Positions 57,013 through 64,000 of a stretch of 64,000 nucleotides of DNA are shown piece after piece. Numbering within the stretch: position 1 is the first letter of the stretch; the number at the start of each line of letters is the position of its first letter. This DNA is from an uncultured Candidatus Binatia bacterium (GTDB lineage Bacteria; Desulfobacterota; Binatia; Bin18). Made by a program: the position numbers and the translations under genes. Below the pieces are notes generated by a model. It searched no databases, was not told the origin of the DNA, and was given only the letters and a program-made list of their open reading frames with translations. The stretch spans positions 1,888,001 to 1,952,000 of the forward strand of contig OZ243961.1 in assembly GCA_965214605.1 (NCBI GenBank), given 5' to 3'.

Positions 57013-58728
57013 TTAGGCATGGGCTAAGGGACCGCGCAACAACTGGCCGGGCAGCGCCCCGGTATGTTCGTTATTATGCAGCACGACCTGACCGTTGACT
57101 ACAGTGGCTAGGAAACCGGCTGCTTTTTGCTTGAGCCGGCGCGCACCGGCCGGCAGGTCATAGGTCAGCTCCGGCATCATCGGGGCGACCGTGTCAGGAT
57201 TAAAGACCACCACATCGGCCGTCATCCCCTCACGCAATAGGCCACGGCTGCTAAGCCCCCACTGTGAGGCCGGCACAAAGCTCAGCATCCGCACCGCCTC
57301 TTCAAGCGTCACCTGCTGTTTCTCACGGACCCAATAGCTGAGCAGATGGGTCTGCAACGAGGAATCCATGATCTGGGATACATGTGCCCCAGAATCCGAG
57401 AAGGTCACAACCGAACGCGGGTGTTTGATCATCTGGAGAGCGTGGTCCTGATCCTCGTTAGCTAGGGGTTGCAGGTAGAACTGCTTGAGGCCCTTGTCAA
57501 GAGCCAGATCGATGAATACATCAACCGGGTCTTTGCCCTGCTCCGCAGCGATCTCGGCGATCGAGCGGTGGGGCGGATTGGGCCGGTCCATGACGAACAG
57601 CCAGTCATAGTCTGCAGCTCTTGCCTCGGGGCCGGTCCCCCGACCGCCGTCGGGATCCTGATTGTGGGCTTCTTCGACGAGCTTACGGCGAAAGTCAGGA
57701 TGGCGAAGCGCAGCGTCTTTTTCTTCCAGCGAGCCCATTTTTTTCAACCGTCGCCAGGTCGGCAGACGGTCAAATGGCGTATTGGTCTCAAACGACAAGA
57801 CCGCGTTCAGCGACCGACTATGGACCTGAAGAAACATCCGTCCCCCGGCCGCTGCGGTCTCATCGGCCAACTCATAATAGGACTGCCAGCAGTCCGGGGC
57901 TCGCCGCATGGTGAACATGCCGTAGGTCACCGGCACGCCAGTCTCAACGGCCAAGGCTTTAAGACGGCTCTGATAGTCCTGGATGCGTTCAGGATCACGG
58001 CCGGTGTCTTCCCCGGCGATCTCAAAAATGCCGGCCCCCAGCTCGCCCATCACCCCAACTAGTTGGCGGACTTCCTCCCAGTTCGCCAAGCGGCTGGCCA
58101 CCGGCTGGCGCTGAGGAGTCTGATGGTTGCGCGTCCGTGAGGTGGTAAAACCCATTGCGCCGGCCTGAATGGCCTCACGTACTTGCTGCTTCATACGCCC
58201 CAGGTCGTCCTCGGTCGCCTCATCGGTAAACGCCCGCTCGCCCATGATATAGGTCCGCAGTGCCGAATGACCCATATAGGCCCCATAGTTAATCCCCTTG
58301 GGCAAACGCTCAACGCTATCCAGATATTCAGGGAAGGTCTCCCAGGTCCAGTTGATGCCAGCGTTCATAGCCTCGGGGGCGATGTCTTCGGCGCGCTCCA
58401 GATTGCGCATCACCATGTCTTTTTCGCTCTCCTTGCACGGCGCGAGCGAAAAGCCACAGTTGCCCATAATCACGCTGGTAATGCCGTGCCAGCATGAGCA
58501 GGTGCCCAGCGGGTCCCAGGACACCTGGGCGTCCATGTGGGTATGGCCGTCAATAAAGCCGGGAGCGACAATATGGCCCTCGGCGTCAATCCGCCCCTTG
58601 GCGCTCTCTCCCCGAATCCGGCCGATCGAGGCAATTTTGCCGTCAAGGATGCCAACGTCAGCCCGAAAGCGGGGCAGGCCCGAGCCGTCTACCACCGTTC
58701 CATTATGAATAATCAGATCGTACTGCAT
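57013..58728 (-). CDS. N-acyl-D-amino-acid deacylase family amidohydrolase
   Basis: GTVVDGSG, APGFIDGHTH, GNCG, SDSGAH, DLPAGARRL. Confidence 0.9.
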   Translation of the reverse strand: MQYDLIIHNGTVVDGSGLPRFRADVGILDGKIASIGRIRGESAKGRIDAEGHIVAPGFIDGHTHMDAQVSWDPLGTCSCWHGITSVIMGNCGFSLAPCKESEKDMVMRNLERAEDIAPEAMNAGINWTWETFPEYLDSVERLPKGINYGAYMGHSALRTYIMGERAFTDEATEDDLGRMKQQVREAIQAGAMGFTTSRTRNHQTPQRQPVASRLANWEEVRQLVGVMGELGAGIFEIAGEDTGRDPERIQDYQSRLKALAVETGVPVTYGMFTMRRAPDCWQSYYELADETAAAGGRMFLQVHSRSLNAVLSFETNTPFDRLPTWRRLKKMGSLEEKDAALRHPDFRRKLVEEAHNQDPDGGRGTGPEARAADYDWLFVMDRPNPPHRSIAEIAAEQGKDPVDVFIDLALDKGLKQFYLQPLANEDQDHALQMIKHPRSVVTFSDSGAHVSQIMDSSLQTHLLSYWVREKQQVTLEEAVRMLSFVPASQWGLSSRGLLREGMTADVVVFNPDTVAPMMPELTYDLPAGARRLKQKAAGFLATVVNGQVVLHNNEHTGALPGQLLRGPLAHA

Positions 58729-58747
58729 GGGACCTCCTTACTGTGCC

Positions 58748-59170
58748 CTACGGGTCAAGCCGCGCTGAGGCGTAGCCGCTGATTACTTCGACGCCGTCCT
58801 GATTCACGGTTGAGACGTCAAGATCGACAATCGGCTGTTCGCCTTCCATCCGAATCTCTTTGACGGTCGCCTTGGCGGTCAGGCTGTCGCCAGGCCAGAC
58901 CTGGCGGGTAAAGCGCACCCCATACTTGGTCAGACGCCCGTCACCAACATAGTTGGTCAACATTTTGCCGGTCATACCCATGCTGAGCATACCGTGGGCG
59001 AACACTGAGGGATAGCCGGCAACCTTGGTGGTAAAAACCTCATCTGTATGAACCGGGTTGTAGTCCCCGGACGCGCCTGCATATTGAACCAGCTGGGTTC
59101 GGGTGAGATTTTCGACAACTTGCTCTTGGTAGCTATCACCGACGTTGAGCTCACGCGCTGATAAGGCCAT
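58748..59170 (-). CDS. MaoC family dehydratase
   Basis: YAGASGDYNPVH..AHGM. Confidence 0.9.
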   Translation of the reverse strand: MALSARELNVGDSYQEQVVENLTRTQLVQYAGASGDYNPVHTDEVFTTKVAGYPSVFAHGMLSMGMTGKMLTNYVGDGRLTKYGVRFTRQVWPGDSLTAKATVKEIRMEGEQPIVDLDVSTVNQDGVEVISGYASARLDP

Positions 59171-59172
59171 AG

Positions 59173-59673
59173 TTATCCTCCTTGCTGATCAACCGGCCGT
59201 TCGGTCTGCACTCCAACACCGCGGGCGGTGATCACCAACTCACCGTTCTGATCCCGATACTCGATGATGGTCTCTGAAAAGATCAGTTTGCCTGACCGCC
59301 GCCCCTGCTTTTCCCACTTTTTGCCGGGCTTCTGGGTCGCCGTTAACATATCGCCCGGTTTAAGATGGCGATGATACTCGAAGTGCTGCTCGGCGTGCAG
59401 ACCCCCGCCCCCGCCTCCGCTCCCGCCTTCCTTTCTCTGTATGCCGGTGGGTTCCTTCCCCGAACCGATCCAGGGCTGTCCACTTTTAGGCCGCAGAAAA
59501 TAATCGGGATCGAACTGGGCACTGGCCTGGGCAAAGGTTGGCGGAGCGATGATCGTCCCCGGCTCCGTAGTCTGGGCATAGTTTTCATCGTGATAAATCT
59601 TGTTCTCGTCTCCAACCGAACGGGCAAACATCATGATATGGCCGGCCTCGACCGGGAATTTGTCTACTGCCAT
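59173..59673 (-). CDS. MaoC-like dehydratase, N-terminal-type hot-dog partner
   Basis: VEAGHIMMFARSVGD, APPTF, LHAEQHFEY. Confidence 0.85.
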   Translation of the reverse strand: MAVDKFPVEAGHIMMFARSVGDENKIYHDENYAQTTEPGTIIAPPTFAQASAQFDPDYFLRPKSGQPWIGSGKEPTGIQRKEGGSGGGGGGLHAEQHFEYHRHLKPGDMLTATQKPGKKWEKQGRRSGKLIFSETIIEYRDQNGELVITARGVGVQTERPVDQQGG

Positions 59674-59725
59674 GGTGCTATCTCCCTCCTGATCGTGGGG
59701 GTGGGCAACGCCCCACTCGACTGGA

Positions 59726-60487
59726 CTATGCGCTCAGATGTGTATCGTAGAACGTTAAGACCCGGTGCCACATATCCTGTGCGGCAACCGGCCGATAGCT
59801 GTCCCGATAGTCGGCGAAGAAGGCATGTCCGGCGTTGGGATACATCCGCATTTCATACGCCTTGCCATGCTTGTCGAGTTCGGCTTTGAGCCGCTCGGCA
59901 TGCTCGGGCGACGGATTAGGATCTTCTTCGCCAAAGAGCCCCAGCAGTGGGCAGTTCAGATCCGCAATCATGTTGATCGGTGGAACTGGACGAGTGCCCT
60001 CATGCTCGTTGGGGCCGTCTTGGGTGATGAAACCACCGGCCGAATCCACCGCGGCATCTAGGTTGTTGCTAGTACAGCCGAACATCAGCGTATAGCGTCC
60101 GCCCGAACAGAAGCCGATCGCGCCAACCTTCCCGTTGGAGTCGGCCTGGCTCTTGATGTACTGCGCGCCAGCGTCTAGGTCGCCCATGGCTTGTGAGTCG
60201 GGGACCGAGAACATAATTTTCATCACATTCTGGAGCATGGTATCCGGGTTGCTTAAATCAGGTGTTCCCTCACGAGTGTACATATCCGGTGCTAGGGCAA
60301 TATAACCTTCTCTGGCAAAGCGGTTGGCCACATCCTTGATATGGTCGTTCAGACCAAAAGCTTCCATAATTACAATCACGCCGGGATGCGGGCCCGACGT
60401 AGTTGGACGGCTCAGATACGCGCTGACGGGAGTGCCGCCATGACCAGAATAGTGCATCATTTCAGACTGGACCTCTGGTGGTCTCAT
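59726..60487 (-). CDS. Dienelactone hydrolase family protein
   Basis: EAFGL, GFCSGG nucleophile, AGHAF; GGAGG SD. Confidence 0.9.
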   Translation of the reverse strand: MRPPEVQSEMMHYSGHGGTPVSAYLSRPTTSGPHPGVIVIMEAFGLNDHIKDVANRFAREGYIALAPDMYTREGTPDLSNPDTMLQNVMKIMFSVPDSQAMGDLDAGAQYIKSQADSNGKVGAIGFCSGGRYTLMFGCTSNNLDAAVDSAGGFITQDGPNEHEGTRPVPPINMIADLNCPLLGLFGEEDPNPSPEHAERLKAELDKHGKAYEMRMYPNAGHAFFADYRDSYRPVAAQDMWHRVLTFYDTHLSA

Positions 60488-60637
60488 ACGCTTCACCTCC
60501 TAATATAGAGAATTGTGTGATGCCGGGAGCATACGTCCGCCGTTCTTTTCTTGCAAGCCTAGGCCACGTGCCAAAGCTTGCCGATAAGATCGGAAGGTGC
60601 TAGGCGTCAGTGACGAACGAGAGCAAGGAGGACTGTC

Positions 60638-61747
60638 ATGGAACGCACCTATAACGTCATTGATTCTGACGGTCACGTGTTAGAGCCGCCCAATTTCTGG
60701 ACCGAGTACATTGACCCTGAGCACCGTGAACGCGCGCCCGAGCTGTTTATTGATACCGATGGCAGAGAGCGCCTGCGCATCGAGGGCAAGGTGTACGGTG
60801 GACCGACTGGTTTGGGTCTCGTCGGGGCCATTGGCGCCCGACAGGGCGACACCTCAATCAAGATCAAATACACCGAGGGCAGAAAGGGAGGTTTTGATCC
60901 CCACGCCCGGATTCCGGACCTGGATCTCGACGGTATTGACGCCGTTTTTCTGTATCCGAGCATCGGTCTGTTCGCCGGAGCAATACAGGATCCGCAGCTC
61001 GCGGCCGCGGCCAGCCGGGCCTATAACCGCTGGTTAGCCGACTACTGCAAACCGTATCCCGATCGCCTGTTCGGCGTGGCTATGCTGCCCATGCAATCCA
61101 TTGACCTGGCGATTGAAGAGATGCGTTACGCCCGTAACGAACTGAACATGAGCAGCGGCTTTCTGCGGCCCAACCCCTACAACAACCGGATGCTCGGCCA
61201 CCCGGACTACGATGTGTTCTGGGCTGAAGCCCAGGAACTCGACTTTTCGATCGGCATCCATGAAGGCACAGGCGGCATGCCCGCGGTTGGCGTCGAACGG
61301 TTTGAGAGCCTGAGCGCCAAGCACATGGTATCCCACACCATGGAGATGATGCTGGCTAGTCTGAGTATCATTTGGGACGGGGTGTGCGAGCGCTTCCCCA
61401 AGGTTCGGATCGGCTTTATGGAATCGGGCGGCGGCTGGATTGCCCCGTGGCTCGACCGCATGGATCGTCACTTTGACGATAAGGGGCTGTTCAACGACTC
61501 CTCACTGACTATGCGCCCCAGCGAATATTTCCAGCGCCAGTGCTGGATTTCCTACGAACCAGTTGAGGGCAGCCTGACCCATCTGGTCGATTATGTAGGT
61601 CCGACCAAGATTCTGTGGGCGACCGATTATCCTCATCCGGACGGTTTTTTCCCCGGAGCCCCAGCCCAGATTGCCGAGAAACTGCCCGAAAAATACCGCC
61701 GCAAAGTCCTGGCTGAAGGGGCCATGCAGTTCTACGGTCTGAGTTGA
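60638..61747 (+). CDS. Amidohydrolase_2 family protein
   Basis: IDSDGH, LYPS, IHEG, ATDYPHPD. Confidence 0.9.
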   Translation: MERTYNVIDSDGHVLEPPNFWTEYIDPEHRERAPELFIDTDGRERLRIEGKVYGGPTGLGLVGAIGARQGDTSIKIKYTEGRKGGFDPHARIPDLDLDGIDAVFLYPSIGLFAGAIQDPQLAAAASRAYNRWLADYCKPYPDRLFGVAMLPMQSIDLAIEEMRYARNELNMSSGFLRPNPYNNRMLGHPDYDVFWAEAQELDFSIGIHEGTGGMPAVGVERFESLSAKHMVSHTMEMMLASLSIIWDGVCERFPKVRIGFMESGGGWIAPWLDRMDRHFDDKGLFNDSSLTMRPSEYFQRQCWISYEPVEGSLTHLVDYVGPTKILWATDYPHPDGFFPGAPAQIAEKLPEKYRRKVLAEGAMQFYGLS

Positions 61748-61869
61748 GAAACACGCGCTCGCCTTAGGGGTCCCCCCCTCCTCCGTCCGTCAACAGCACG
61801 ACAGAATGAGCGAGGTGATACGCCCTCTTTCCCAGAGAGGGGGCTGAGATAAGGGCCCCTGCCGTGGCC

Positions 61870-62688
61870 TCAGGTTTGGTCTGGCGCAAAAAAGACCAGC
61901 GTCCGGGCTTCGATGCTCTCCCGGGCCCGGGGCATTGGGCGGACTAGTGGGATCAATAAACCCGGTGTGAGCTGTAAACCGCGCGCGGCCGTCTTCCATC
62001 GAATCGTAGCCTTTGATCAACGCGACCTCGTTGCGCTGCATGCGTGGAAAGTAAAACCAGCAGTGACGAGGGGTAAAGCTCACCCGGTAGGTTTCACCGA
62101 CGCGGTGGCGCAGCTCAGCCGCCACAAAGTCCTTTTGGTCCATGCTCTGTGCGTCGCACAGAGCTAGTGGGCTCTCCTCCACCGGCCCCAGGATCGGCCG
62201 CCACACGTTGATCTGGGCAAAGCGGTGCTGGAGGCGCAGCCCAGCCTCCTCGGCCTCCACTAAATCCCGTACGCGTTGGGGACCGGAATGCACGGGGTAG
62301 TCGTTGTGGGCCAAGAGGCCAGGTTTGCGGGCGTCGTTTTCCCCACGCCCGGCCATTGGGGTGCAGCGCACGTTGTGGTCAAACACCAGCACTTCGACCG
62401 CCCCGGCGACGTCCTTGACCAACTGCTCCACCTCTGGATAGTAGACGGCCCGGACCTCCGCGGCGGCGTAAAAATTTACCATCTTGCTACTGTGGTCGGT
62501 CAGGATGAAGCCCTGCTTGTCCAAAGACAGCTGGTCCAGAATGGCCGGGCCGTTCTGGACAGGCATGGTGTGGTGGGTATATTTGCCGGACTGCTGAGGG
62601 ACGCCTGGGGGTGGCGGATAGGCATAGTTGACCGGCTTCTCTCCTGTGTCCCAAAATAATGCAATTCGGCCATACCGGCCTCGCTCAT
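61870..62688 (-). pseudogene. CmcJ/NvfI-family oxidoreductase with two frameshifts
   Basis: FDHNVR, HND, NVWRPI, PLALCD, AHTGF; N-terminus shifts near 62640 and the RESIEAR end lies in another frame after about 61930. Confidence 0.78.
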
Positions 62689-62826
62689 CTTTCGTCAGGT
62701 TCCTGAGTCTGGATCAGCCAGATTGTGGGCCCGCCAGAGCCTGTGTGTCAACACAATCCCAGGGCTGCTGTATCTTGACTTGTTTCGGCTCAGGATTCTA
62801 GAGTGCGACAGGCAAAGGAGGAAGCT

Positions 62827-63774
62827 ATGGCAGTCGAGAAAGTTGATGCAAAAGTCGAAGACGTAATCTCTCTCAACGCCGAGATTGAGTGGTTGGGTAA
62901 GGGCTACGGTGGTTTTGACGAAAACGGCAAGATCCGGGGTGTGGCCGAGGGTCCGGTGTGGTGGAAGGCTGGCGGCTGGTGGGATGAGGGAGGATTTTTG
63001 CTGTTTAGCGATAACGCCACCAACAAGCGCTACAAGTGGCAGGAAGGCCAAGGCGTCAGCCTCTACAAAGAGCCGACCAACGATGCCAACGGCCTGACCC
63101 GTGACCGTCAAGGCCGACTCATCGCTTGTGAACACGCCAGCCGCCAAGTGACCCGAGAAGAGCTCGACGGCAGCATGACCGTTGTGGCGAACAATTACCG
63201 CGGCCAGCGCTTGAATCGTCCCAACGATGTGGTGGTCAAGTCCGATGGGGCGATCTATTTTACCGACCCGGTCACTCTCGGCGTTCAACCCGAACTTGAC
63301 TTTGCCGGCGTGTACCGTGTTTCGCCCGACCTGGGCCTGATCAATCTGCTGGTGCGTGACTTTGTCTTACCCAACGGCCTGGCCTTCTCTGTGGACGAGA
63401 AAACACTATACATCAACGACTCTCTCAGACGCCATATCCGGGCCTTTGATCTGGACGTAATGTGGGACTCAGGCATGTTGAATTTGGCCTCAGATCGGGT
63501 CTTCTGTGACATGAGCGCTGACCCTCGTCCGGGCGCTCCGGACGGTATGAAGGTCGATGTGGAGGGCAACGTCTACTGTACCGGCCCAGGCGGTATCTGG
63601 ATCATGGATTCCTCGGGTAAGCACCTGGGCACGATTCCGAGCGGCGGCAAGCATGTCACAAATGTATGCTTTGGCGGGGACGACTGGAAGACATTGTTCC
63701 TCACGACCTTTGGAGAGATGGGTCGGATTCCGGTTAAAATTCCGGGTATTCCGGTTCCCAGAGGCGAGGCGTAA
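62827..63774 (+). CDS. SMP-30/gluconolactonase/LRE family protein
   Basis: AEGPVW, NRPNDVV, PNGLAFS, PDGMKVD. Confidence 0.92.
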   Translation: MAVEKVDAKVEDVISLNAEIEWLGKGYGGFDENGKIRGVAEGPVWWKAGGWWDEGGFLLFSDNATNKRYKWQEGQGVSLYKEPTNDANGLTRDRQGRLIACEHASRQVTREELDGSMTVVANNYRGQRLNRPNDVVVKSDGAIYFTDPVTLGVQPELDFAGVYRVSPDLGLINLLVRDFVLPNGLAFSVDEKTLYINDSLRRHIRAFDLDVMWDSGMLNLASDRVFCDMSADPRPGAPDGMKVDVEGNVYCTGPGGIWIMDSSGKHLGTIPSGGKHVTNVCFGGDDWKTLFLTTFGEMGRIPVKIPGIPVPRGEA

Positions 63775-64000
63775 GTCGGACCACACAAGCCACAGGGCGG
63801 GCAGCTCTCACTCGCCCCGTCACTTGAACCGGCAAAAACCCCGAATTAACGAGTGTCCAGGCGAGACCTAGTCTCGGAAGATGAAGCCAAGAGAGTCATC
63901 CTAAATGGGCGATGGGGAATGAACTATGGGGCCACGCTTCGATCCAGCCGGGGCACCCAGGTTTTAGACTGAGCCCGATCACTTCATTTCCGCTCCGCGG

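Noticed and set aside
63775-64000. Possible gene or RNA at the right edge
   Set aside because: Nothing identifiable in the available sequence

Overview
Chromosomal window from a moderately GC-rich diderm bacterium. The gene mix (many CoA-transferases, amidohydrolases, LLM/VOC/MaoC proteins, tungsten-type AORs) suggests a deltaproteobacterial, Binatia-like lineage, which is an inference. From left to right: an MBL hydrolase, tRNA-Ala(GGC), a large modular beta-propeller surface protein, and an envelope operon (lolC/E-lolD-bamA-collapsed skp-fabZ-lpxA-lpxI). Next come selB-selD (SelD has an in-frame Sec UGA and a SECIS-like hairpin), an alpha2-type GlyRS, catabolic genes, rodZ, LysR and a CobS homolog lacking its acidic motif. 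Then follow two aldehyde:ferredoxin oxidoreductase operons around a DUF1329-like gene, an HpaB/VOC cluster and several hydrolases. The best candidate for an undescribed system is a co-oriented, apparently foreign cassette at 51.5-56.9 kb: a PAPS-reductase-like Fe-S protein, a GHKL/MORC-like ATPase and two unknown proteins, possibly a DNA-modification/defence module. Several gene remnants hide in 'intergenic' DNA (Skp, DUF433/PIN toxin-antitoxin pair, RAYT transposase, winged-helix regulator, CmcJ-like gene). All calls come from motif recognition by eye; no searches were run.
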